Shown here: positions 53,063 to 63,741 of the stretch, piece by piece
How positions within the stretch are numbered: position 1 is the first letter of the stretch
Layout: each line of letters opens with the position of its first letter
Source: Eledone cirrhosa
Lineage: Eukaryota
Length of the DNA stretch: 64,000 nucleotides
Assembly (NCBI GenBank): GCA_964016885.1
Contig: OZ024741.1
Coordinates: forward strand, 189,844,001-189,908,000
Direction: 5' to 3'
The notes under the pieces: model-generated
What the model was told of the DNA's origin: nothing
The model's input: only the letters and a program-made list of their open reading frames with translations
Database searches by the model: none
Made by a program: the position numbers and the translations under genes

Positions 53063-53414
53063 ACCAACCCCAAACCAATCATGTATTTGCACCTACCAAA
53101 ATGTATACATGCTGTCATTCTAACATATTCTAACATATATGTCTATTTGTAAAACAAAATCATACATTCAAGTATGCTTTCGTTTTCTTGGGGAAATAAT
53201 GGTGAAAGGAAGAACGAGAGAGAAAAATATTAATTTTCGAAATGTAAGGTTGTTTATTCAAAAATTCCTAAAAGTTGTGTGCATATGTATATGTAGATAT
53301 ACATATATATGTACATATGTATGTACAGATACATACATACACTACATACACACACACACATATATATATACTCTTTTATATATTCTAGCTGTGGGCATGC
53401 TTGTGTACTGTCAT

Positions 53415-53968
53415 ATCATCATCATCATCATCATCGTTTAACGTCCATCTTCCACGCTTGCATGGGTTTGGACGGGAGTTTTCCCACTTGAGGCAAGATT
53501 GGTTGTCCTGCTCGCATAGGACTGTCTGGTGGGTTTTCTATGTCTGGATGCCCTTCCTAACACCAACCACGTTTACAGTGTGGAGCTGGGAGGTTTTTAC
53601 CGTGTTGCCTACACGGCCACATTACAGCGTGGACTGTGTGTTTTTTTGTCGCGACACCTACATGACCTCATTTGTTTCGGACTGGACGTTGTGGTACCAA
53701 CATAACTTCACATTTAAGGGGGTGGTGTGGATGGGGTGGGGGTAGTGGGACGGGGTGTATTTTTGTTAGAGGTGCCTACTGACTGTAGGTTTCGCTTTGT
53801 ACTTAGGCAAGGCGGGTCTTCTGTATTACTGTGTAGCGCCAAAGATCTCGGTCCAGTGACATTGTCTTGGAGAGGTGTAAGTGTGTGAGGTCGGAATTTA
53901 TCAAGTCGTCCCAGGTTTTTCTGGGTCTGCTTACTCCATGGCTACCGTCTATTTTTATCGTCCTGCAC

Positions 53969-53972
<4 letters not shown>
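53415..53972 (-). mobile_element. RTE family B 3' end (ORF C-terminus plus full 3'UTR)
   Basis: RPRKTWDDLINSDLTHLHLSKTMSLDRDLWRYTVIQKTRLA* contiguous with the UTR. Confidence 0.9.
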
Positions 53973-54005
<33 letters not shown>

Positions 54006-54421
54006 GCTAGAATATATAAAAGAGTATGTATGTATATATATAATCTAAACTATGCAATCTTGGAAAAATGACCCCAAAAAATTGTGATATATATACATAT
54101 ATATATATATCATCATCATCCTCATTTTCGTTTAACGTCCATTTTCCACGCTAGCATGGGTTAGACGGGAGTTGTCCCACTTGAGGCAAGGTTGGTCGGG
54201 AGACCGTGTCTCGCTCATATAGGACTATCTGGCAAGTTTTCTACGGCTGGATGCCCTTCCTAACACCAACCACATTTACAGTGTGGAACTGGGATCTTGT
54301 TACCGTGTTACCTACACGGCTATATATATATATATATATATGTGTATATATATATATATGTGTGTGTATGTATGTATGTATGTGTGTGTGTGTGTGTCTG
54401 TATGTATGTATGTATGTTTAT

Positions 54422-55085
54422 GTCAAGTCACCAGTTGGTGCTACTGGTAACATGTTTCCCAGTACAACCTGTCCCATGGTCGGGTCATTGGCAACTAAAC
54501 TGGCAACCCACCAAGGTTTCTTGGTGAGGAGGGTGACTTTGGACATCCTGCAGAACTAAAAACAAAACCTGTCAAAGGGCAAAGGAGCTCTTAAGAGTCA
54601 ATGGCCATCCAAAATCACCGGGAGAGATGACCCCTTAGCCTTTGTCAAGGCAGAATTCTAGGAGAAGGAAAACTGATATAACACCTGCAACCCTGATGGT
54701 ATCCAATGATGTTGACTTGTTCTTCTTTTTGGTAAATATCATCTTGGTTAAGAGAGTGGGACTGGTTTTGTGCAGTGCCTTTGCTCACTATAAAAGCTTC
54801 ACGGCACAGGCATTGCTTTATATCTGGAGATCTCTCTGCAGTTGTCGTCACATGGTACCATGGGCCCAGCACTATGTGTCAATAATTGTCACAAGTGTAG
54901 TGTTTGTACCAGAGTTTTCAAGTCGCTGGCTGGACTAAAAAGTCACACTCGTTCAGCGCATCGGTAGGGGTTCTCTTACATGGATATAAAGTAGTGGCCG
55001 TACTCAAAAACGAGTTGGCAGCCTCCATGTATGTATGTATGTATGTATGTATGTATGTATGTATGTATGTATGTATGTATGTATT
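54422..55085 (+). mobile_element. Apparently full-length non-autonomous bipartite RTE element with (TATG)n tail
   Basis: Structured 5'UTR, TTCTAGGAGAAGGAAAACT motif, and a 3' C2H2-finger remnant CSVCTRVFKSLAGLKSHTRSAH. Confidence 0.8.
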
Positions 55086-55249
55086 ATTATTATATCTTGT
55101 AACTTGACATTTCATAGACACTTATCCATGTATTCATATATTTTTTTTCCTTTTATTAGTGAGTGGTGATACAAAATGTCCCACCCCACTGTTGGTTGTT
55201 ACAGCACAGCCTCCACCTTACCTTCACTATCTTCACCACTCTGACCTGA

Positions 55250-55840
55250 CAGCCAGTAATCCTTATATCACACATAGTAAATTTCTACATTAACCCTCTC
55301 ATTCTGTAATGGAATCTTCCATTAGTAGGATAATGTGGGAGCCATTAGCCCTTACATATTAGCCAACTACTATAACACTTCCCTTATTAGGTTTTCCATT
55401 AATGTCTTGCCATAAAAAGCCCATAGGCTCTTATATCAAATTGGACTATTACACTAACCCCTCTATCTGTAATGGGGGCAGTCATTAATAGCATAATGGA
55501 AAGAGCCAGTAGCCCTTACATCACATTAAACTACTACAGTATCTCCCTATCTCTGTAATGAGAGCTTCCATTAGCAGCATAATGGAAAGAGCCCTTACAT
55601 TATAGTTAACTACTACAGTACACCCCTATCTCTGTAATGAGAGCTTCCCAGTAGCCCTTACATCATAGTTAATTACTACAGTACCCCCCGCCCACCTATA
55701 TCTGTAATGAGAATTTCAATTAACAACATGATGGAAAGAGCCAGTAGCCCTTACATCATAGTTAACTACTACAGTACACCCCTATCTCTGTAATGAGAGC
55801 TTCCCAGTAGCCCTTACATCATAGTTAACTACTACAGTAG
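55250..55840. repeat. Degenerate ~55-85-bp minisatellite
   Basis: agcccttacatcatagttaactactacagta...tctgtaatg repeated about 7 times. Confidence 0.85.
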
Positions 55841-56164
55841 TGATCATTCTAGAATAAATAGTTTGGTACCTACCTCCTACTCCTCCTCCAACCCTGCCTG
55901 CAATGATGAAGGTAGCTTCAATTCACAACTAAGCTCCTTCTACCTTAGTACACATTTGGGAGACAGCCTTAGACTTTTAAAGTAACCACTCCTAACCCTA
56001 CCTCAACCTTAATAACACTAAGCATCCTTACTGTCATTTGTTAAAATAAGTTGCTCCCCTGCCATAGTGACTCAGTAGGTTAAATAGTTTTGGCACAGCT
56101 AAACACCAACTCCCTCTTTCCAGATGCCACAGAGACCCCCCACCCACCCACCCACCTTCTTTTA

Positions 56165-56452
56165 TGTATGGTACCGTAACTCTTGATAGAGTCGTAGGGA
56201 CGCCGTATTGACATTCAGTGTTTCTTTGGGCATTTTAAGCCTGGCGGAGACCATCCCACTCCAGGCCTGAGTAGAGCAGATTTCTTCCAGAGAGAGGAAG
56301 AATCAACCCCAGTACTAGACTGTTACTTTTTTTATTGACCTCGAAAGGATGAAAGGCAAAGTTGACCTAGGCAGGATTTGAAGTCAGAGAGCAGGAACAA
56401 ATTCCATAAAGCATTCTATCTGATGTTCTAATGACTCTGCCAATTCACCGCC
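56165..56452 (-). mobile_element. Long Meta-domain SINE subfamily with extended 3' body
   Basis: Meta domain followed by ...ccaggcttaaaatg...ccctacgactc..gagttacggtaccatac; related copies at 37420-37540, 38085-38195, 44620-44895 and 48395-48710. Confidence 0.7.
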
Positions 56453-56581
56453 TATCTTCCTGTATCATTCTCAAAATAAATAACATCAAAATCTCATGGA
56501 TTCGATATTAAATGAGGTAATTATGTAAGATAAAGCCTTTACCACAAAAATACAATAGTATATTGTAATATATAGAGTAAT

Positions 56582-56765
56582 TGTTTCTACTTTAGGCACA
56601 AGGCCAGCAATTACCCAGTGCATTACTGGTACTTTATTTTATCGACCCCGTAAGGATGAAAGGCAAAGTCAACCTCGGCGGGATTTGAACTCAGATCGTA
56701 AAGGGACGTAACTATGCTGGAAAGCATGGCGTCCGACTCTCTACCGATACTGCCAATCCACCGCC
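56582..56765 (-). mobile_element. Young Meta-domain SINE with a 21-bp TSD, inserted in a piggyBac MITE (56470-56802)
   Basis: TSD tattgtaatatatagagtaat at 56561 and 56766. Confidence 0.92.
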
Positions 56766-57398
56766 TATTGTAATATATAGAGTAATGAAATGTTAGGGTT
56801 AAACTGGGCAATGGATAAAGTATTTCATTCGAATAGACTCCAGCAGGATTTGAACTCAGAATGCAAAAAACAGAAAGGTAAACTGTAAGGCTTCTGTCTC
56901 ATCTTACACTTTAACAGCTCTGCCAATCCACTGTTCTGAGATGGTACTCTATTTAATCTGAAAGGATGAAAGGCAAAGTTGACCTTGGCAGGATTTGGTT
57001 GCAGAGTGCAGAGAATCACAATACAAATACCTCAAGGCATCCTATCCTACACTTTAATGATTCTGCCAATTTACTGACTATACTTAACTAGGAATATCAA
57101 CTGCTGCAGACTTCTTATCTCTCTATCCAGGGGGCAATGACTTCACTTGTCCACTTAAGATCCAGTTTTCATGGATATCATTAGGGGCAAACTATTTTCT
57201 TGAGAACACATGACATAACATTCCAGGTAGTAGGAGGGTTGGGGGGAATATTGAATGTGAAAATTATTCAAATCTTTTAAACATGACCTTATGTAATTTT
57301 TTTTTTTTTTTTTTTATCTAACTATTTATTTTATTTATTTATTCGTTTCTATAATCATTAATTGCTTTAATTATCTTTTAAAGACAACTTGCCTCAAA

Positions 57399-57783
57399 AT
57401 TTTTCCGTTTATCATTTTCGGTGCACCCGGCCGATTAACCCACTTGATATGCAAATTGGGCTACTCAGCCGTTAATATGCATAAGGAAAGTGTATGCTTT
57501 CAGACGTTCAACAATCTGGCAGGAAGGTATACGTTGCTGACGATAGCTAATAAGCTTGAAACTAGTACAGCGTTCCTTTGTCAGTGTTGAACAAACGAGC
57601 AGCGATGGTTGCTAGACACTACGGCTTAATACGGGATGTTTGTTTACAAACACACCGAGCATTATAATAAATGTCTGGTGAATCCATACGTACATATATA
57701 TATGTGTGTGCATGTATGTATATATATATACATACTACTGTACGTCTGTATACATATATGTATGTACGTATACATACTTATAT
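57399..57783 (+). mobile_element. ~385-bp hammerhead-bearing element (retrozyme- or PLE-pLTR-like)
   Basis: Flanked by ttgcctcaaa direct repeats (57389, 57784); CpG-rich body; (TA/TACA) tail. Confidence 0.55.
57506..57592 (+). ncRNA. Type I hammerhead ribozyme with extended stem I
   Basis: acgttg CTGACGA t-agct-aata-agct-t GAAA ctag TA^cagcgt; stem I extends via ctggcag.aagg/cctttgtcag and gttcaaca/tgttgaac. Confidence 0.82.
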
Positions 57784-57849
57784 TTGCCTCAAATTGCTGA
57801 TTTTCTATTCCTTGCTGTTTAATTAATATAAAGATTTAAAGATAAAGAA

Positions 57850-58042
57850 AATAATTGTTTCCACTTTTGGCACAAGGCCAACAATTATCCCAGTGTATTA
57901 CTGGTACTTTATTTTATCGACCCCATAAGGATGAAAGGCAAAGTTAACCTTGGCGGGATTTAAACTCAGAATGGCAAGGGCCGTAACTCTATGCATCAAA
58001 GCATGGCATCCGACCCTCTACCGATACTGCCAATCCACCGCC
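57850..58042 (-). mobile_element. Meta-domain SINE
   Basis: Family match; possible taaagaaa TSD. Confidence 0.85.
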
Positions 58043-58257
58043 CTAAAGAAAAAGAAAATAATAAAGAAAGGAAGACTTGTGGGGTTGAGTTATTGCTGTT
58101 TCAGCCTCCTTTAAATAATGTTCTATTCAGAAAGGAATATGTTTGTGTGTATTTATGTGTATATGTCTGTGTGAGTGTGTGTGTATATATATATATGTGT
58201 GTGTGTGTGTGGAAAATGGACGTTAAACAGTGATGATGATGTATATGTCTGTGTGTG

Positions 58258-58292
<35 letters not shown>

Positions 58293-58298
<6 letters not shown>

Positions 58299-59017
58299 CA
58301 AGTGGAAGCTTAGTAAAGTCGAAGCTTTGGCTGTGGCCAAACAAAGTCGACCTACAATAAGGAATGAGTTAGCAAAGCACTCAATAAGGGTAGGTCCTTA
58401 GAGTAATAACATTACGTTTAAATAGCTTGACAAATTGAACATTGCGGTAGGCAAAACCCAACCATACAATACCAAAGTAACGAAAGAACTAACAGACCTG
58501 GACAAATCAAACGATATATGCCTGAGGTGTTTCTATGAATCCCAAATCATTTATCCAACTTACGTAACACGCAAGCTTGTGGTATTCCATGATCGAACAG
58601 AGGATTCATTTCATCAACAGGGATTCCGTTCTGCCTCAAACTGGTGTGAACAAACTAAATGTGACCGCTACAGAAGTCAGCCTTCGAACACTTCGTTGTC
58701 ACGTGTTATTTCCAACAAGGGAAGCAACCCCCGGTTTTTGGCGGGTAAATTCAAAGTGTTAACAAGGGAAATATTATAATTTCCGCTCAAACATTCCGAA
58801 TAAAAGCTCTCAACCAGATGTTATTAAACAAACACAAATAATTAACCAATCAACAGAATTGCCTAATTAAATTAATTAGTTAATTATTAAATCTAGGAGA
58901 AAATAATACATGTGGAAGCTTAGTAAAATCAAAGCTTTGGCCGTGGCCAAGCAAATTTGACCTACAATAGGAATGAGTTAGCAAAGCACTCAATAAGGGT
59001 AGGTCCTTAGAGTAATA
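58293..59017. mobile_element. Element bounded by ~115-bp direct repeats (TRIM-, pLTR- or satellite-like)
   Basis: 58293-58407 is highly similar to 58903-59017; ~500-bp unique interior. Confidence 0.6.
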
Positions 59018-59360
59018 TATGGAAAATGGACATTAAACAGAGATGATGAGGAAGAAGAGAATATATGTGTGTTTGTGTGTGTGTATACACACTCACACAC
59101 ATATACATACATTGAGAGAGAGAGCTTAATGGTGACTCCAGCACTCAAGTTACTAGCTCATCTAAGATCATGTAGTCCAACTGTCTATCTATTTTAAGCT
59201 AATAAGAAATATCTCAGACCTTTACGTTCATTCTTGACTTGAAATATTTGCTCAGCCCCCAAAGGGATACCTCACTCCATAGAAAATAAGACTTAACACA
59301 TGAAACACTTCACATTTTCAACAGATCTTTACTTGTTGCATTAATTTATTAGAATTTATT

Positions 59361-59546
59361 GGCGGTGGATTGGCAGTATCGGTGGAGGGTCGGACGCCAT
59401 GCTTTCCAGCATAGTTACGTCCCTTTACGATCTGAGTTCAAATCCCGCCGAGGTTGACTTTGCCTTTCATCCTTACGGGGTCGATAAAATAAAGTACCAG
59501 TAATGCACTGGGTAATTGCTGGCCTTGTGCCTAAAGTAGAAACAAT
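59361..59546 (+). mobile_element. Young full-length Meta-domain SINE with ~20-bp TSD
   Basis: TSD attaatttattagaatttat at 59340 and 59545. Confidence 0.92.
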
Positions 59547-59609
59547 TAATTTATTAGAATTTATGCTAAAAATATCAATAGATTTTATGGCTGGAATATA
59601 GGGAAGTGG

Positions 59610-60060
59610 GTCGTGGTGTAGGCAGGTGTGTAGATGAGTGGGCGTTTGGGTGGGTAGGACTGTGTGTGAGTGGGTAGGAAAGTATATAGCACTTGTGTAG
59701 CAGGTGGTTGGATGTGGGCAAGTGTGTAGACAAGTGGGTGTTTGGGTGGGTAGGACTGTGTGTGAGTGGGTAGGAAAGTATATAGCACTTGTGTAGCAGG
59801 TGGTTGGATGTAGGCAGGTGTGTAGATGAGTGGGTGTTTGGGTGGGTAGGAAAGTATATAGCACTTGTGTAGCAGGTGGTTGGATGTGGGCAGTTGTGTA
59901 GATGGGTGGGTAGGACAGTGTGTGTGTGGGTAGGAAAGTATATAGCACTTGTGTAGCAGGTGGTTGGATGTGGGCAGGTGTGTAGATGAGTGGGTGTTTG
60001 GGTGGGTAGGACAGTGTGTGAATGGGTAGGAAAGTATATAGCACTTGTGTAGCAGGTGGG
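59610..60060. repeat. GT-rich minisatellite, 76-96-bp units, 5 copies
   Basis: aggaaagtatatagcacttgtgtagcaggtgg at 59676, 59772, 59848, 59932 and 60028. Confidence 0.9.
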
Positions 60061-60327
60061 TTAGACAAGTTGCTGGACGTGGGCATGTGTAAACAAGGGT
60101 GTGTTTGTGGGGGCAGGAAGGTTTGTAGCCAGGTGGGTGTGTAGGTAAGTGGGTGGGTGCATATGTAGGAAAGTGTGTAGGCAAGTAGGTGGATGTACAA
60201 GTAGAAAGGTGTGTAGGTAAGTGGGTGGGTTATAGGTAGGAAGGTGTGTTGACAAATGAGTGGGTAGGAATGTGTGTTGACACTTGTATAGGCAGATAGC
60301 TAGACAGGTGTTTAGAAAGTGAGTAAA

Positions 60328-60945
60328 CTGATGTGAGACATGGACCCTGTACAGAAGGCACCTGAAGCAGCTGGAACGGTTCCACATGCGCAGCCTGCGG
60401 TCAATCATGAACATCAAATGGCAGGACAAGGTCTTCAACATCGAAGTTCTTGACATGGCTGAGACAACCAGTGTCGAAGCTATGATACTGAAGAGCCGAC
60501 TTTGATGGGTGGGACATGTCATCCGGATGGACGATCCCAGGCTTCCGAAGCAACTGATGTGTGGGGAACTCTGTTCGGGGAAACGAAAGCGGGGCAGGCC
60601 TCTCAAGAGGTTCAAAGACTGCATGAAGTCCAGTATCAACAACACTGGAATCACCCCAAAACAACTCAAGTCCCATGCTCAGGACAGGACTGAGTGGCGA
60701 GCCCTTACCAGACGCGCCAAAGACTCTTTTGAAGAGAAGAGACGGGCAGAGGTCACTGAGGCCTGTGAAAGGAGGAGAAAGGCATCAACAGCTGCCCCAA
60801 GCGACTCCGGTCTCTTCCCCTTCCCCCACTGTTCCCGGACCTGCAAGTCAAGGGTCGGCCTCTACAGCCACCTTCGTGCCCACAGCAGCCGGGAACAACA
60901 ATGGAGAAGATGTCATCATCGTTTACAATGGACAACCAAGAAACT
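60328..60945 (+). mobile_element. RTE (BovB/AviRTE-like) LINE 3' fragment with C-terminal C2H2 finger
   Basis: CETWTLYRRHLKQLERFHMRSLRSIMNIKWQDKV...RL*WVGHVIRMDDPRLPKQLMCGEL..GKRKRGRPLKRFKD...PHCSRTCKSRVGLYSHLRAH. Confidence 0.92.
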
Positions 60946-61282
60946 GATGGTTGGGTGTGAGTATGTAGGCAAGAGGGTAGGTGGGAAGGTGTGTAAACAG
61001 GTGGGTGGATGTAGGAAGGTGGGTAAGAACGTATGTACACAGATGGGTCGATGTGTGTATTGTAAGATGTATAGGCATGTAAGTAGATGTATGGGTGAGC
61101 AGAAAGGTGTGTAGACAGGTAGGGGTGTGGACAGGAAGGGTATGTGAGGATAGGAATGTGTTGACATATGTGTATAGTCAGATGTGTAGATAGATGTGTG
61201 GGTAGGAAGATGTGTATACAAGTGAGTGTGTTGCAGGTGTGTATACAAATGTGTTTAGACAGATGTGTGATTAGGAAGGTAT

Positions 61283-61612
61283 GTAGAAAGGTGGGTGTAT
61301 AGACAGGTGTCTGTGTAGAAAGGTGGGTGTATAGACAGGTGTCTGTGTAGAAAGGTGGGTGTATAGACAGGTGTGTATGTAGAAAGGTGGGTGTATAGAC
61401 AGGTGTCTGTGTAGAAAGGTGGGTGTATAGACAGGTGTCTGTGTAGAAAGGTGGGTGTATAGACAGGTGTGTAGGCTAGTATGTGGGTGTATAGACAGGT
61501 GTGTAGGCTAGTATGTGGGTGTATAGACAGGTGTGTAGGCTAGTATGTGGGTGTATAGACAGGTGTGTAGGCTAGTATGTGGGTGTATAGACAGGTGTGT
61601 AGGCTAGTATGT
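61283..61612. repeat. 32-bp minisatellite in two successive variant blocks (~10 units)
   Basis: gtagaaaggtgggtgtatagacaggtgtctgt, then gtaggctagtatgtgggtgtatagacaggtgt. Confidence 0.92.
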
Positions 61613-61857
61613 GGGTGGGAATGAGTGTAGGATGGTGTGTGGGAGTTGGAATGTGTGTAACATGTATAAGCAGATAACTAGACAGGTGTGTTGGTAGATG
61701 GATAGGAAGGTGTAAACACAGATGTATAGTCAAGTGGATAGATAGGAATGTAGGCAGGCTGGTGGACATGTGTGTATGGAAGGGTGTAGACAAGTGGCTG
61801 TATGGCAGGGGTCTCAAATATGAAGCCCCAACTACTTTTCTATGGCTAATATTTTCC

Positions 61858-62230
61858 TATCATCATCATCATCATCATTTTACGTCCGTTTTTCCCTGCT
61901 TGCAAGGGTGGGACGGGTCTTATTCAGCACAGCATCTCTCCACTTGTCACGGTCCTTCGTCATCTCCACCGTGAGCTTCAGCGATCTGAGGTCTGTTCTC
62001 ACCACCTCCACCCATATTTTATCGTGGTCTACCTCTACCACGTCTTCCTTCAACTGGCATTTCTTGGCACTTCTTCACCTCCATGCGCATCAGATGTACA
62101 TACCACCTCAGTCTCCTTTCTCGCACACTACATTCTATCCCTCTCAGACACAGTTTCTCTCTCAAAACATCCATGCTGGGTCGTTCACGAATGTGTTGAG
62201 AGAGAAACTGTGTCTGAGAGGGATAGAATG
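61858..62230 (-). mobile_element. RTE family A 3' fragment with 5' inversion
   Basis: Matches 6633-6981; 62131-62165 is inverted at 62196-62230. Confidence 0.88.
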
Positions 62231-62809
62231 TTGATAATTTGGAAAATTTGTCTCCTTATACTAATTTATACTAATTCACATATACCAATTACTATCATAT
62301 GTGTTGAAAAAAATAATAAATAGCAACCTATCAACAGTATTGCATAGCCCTTTTGAGTTCTTGAATTTGAGTATGATGTGATAGGAAGGTGTGTAGACAG
62401 GCATGTAGGCAGATGGATGTATGTGTGTAGGTAGAAAGGTGTGTAGATGGTTGAGAGGGGAGTATATTGTTTGATATGTGAATAGGATTAAGAGTCAACT
62501 AAAACCAAATGATGGAATCTCTCTCTCTGGCACTTAGAAACTTTGACAACTATTTAATGTTAGATTTTCTTCCATTTTATTTCTTTTCGTGTTTGCTTTT
62601 TAATCCATGTCTCAGAATTCTCAAATGTCTAATTGTTTACTGCAGATAAAGCCCTTTAATTAGAGTACTAAATCTTAACGAGTGACAAGCTTAATCAAGA
62701 TAATGGTAATTAAATACACACAAAAAATAAAATACCCATAAAAAGAGAAAACTGCTAATTTATTTTTCACTTCTCATTGAACCACCAAAACGATTTGAGC
62801 CTCAATCAA

Positions 62810-62950
62810 ACATCATTAATCATCATCATCACCATCATCATCACCATCACCATCATCATCACCATCATCATCATCATCATCACCATCATCATCACCATCA
62901 CCATCATCATCAACATCATCATCATCACCACCATCATCATCATCATCATT
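62810..62950. repeat. (ATC/ACC)n microsatellite
   Basis: Triplet array. Confidence 0.95.
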
Positions 62951-63570
62951 TTATACTTTCCATGTTGGACAGCTTATCACAATCCAAGTCAGTTCTTATT
63001 CAGAGTTAGTGGCCACCTAGATGGTTCAGATTTCACATTTCACTCAAACATTTCAATTTTGGTATGATTCCTATGACTAGAAGTTGTGCTCTTAACAAGA
63101 CTAAAGATTTCTCATTACTCTTTGTCATCACTGTTTTTACAAGGTACATTTGACCAGAAGTGTAAATAGAAGAGAGAGAGAGTGATAGCCATATAGGTGA
63201 AAAATGAGTATAAGGTGGTGGGACAGAGTGACAATAGTAAGAATATGATAAAGAAGGAAGTAATGGATGAGAGACAGCTGCTGCTATATTTTGGTTGTTG
63301 TTGAGGAGATTGAGTAAAAGATAGTATAAGCAGTATGATAGGATAGCAATAAAGATGAGACCGGGTAAGAGAGAACAAGTGATGGGTAGCAATAGACATG
63401 AGTGATAATATGTGAGAGTGGTAGATGTCAATGGAGAGTCACATGAGGGAAAGTAAGAGTGACAGAGGGTAGTTCTGAATGAGAGCAGATCTAATGCCAT
63501 CCCTTGTTACAGAGACATTGTGATGGAAAGGTGGTACAGTGATGATGGGAGATATATATATATAGAGAGC

Positions 63571-63741
63571 AATAATTGTTTCCACTTTTGGCACAAGGCC
63601 AGCAATTATCCCAGTGCATTACTGGTGCTTTATTTTATCGACCCCGTAAGGATGAAAGGCAAAGTTAACCTCGGCGGGATTTGAACTCAGAACGTAAAGG
63701 GCCGTAACTCTATACTGCAAAGTATGGTGTCTGACGCTTAC
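63571..63741 (-). mobile_element. Meta-domain SINE
   Basis: Family match to 59361-59546. Confidence 0.85.
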
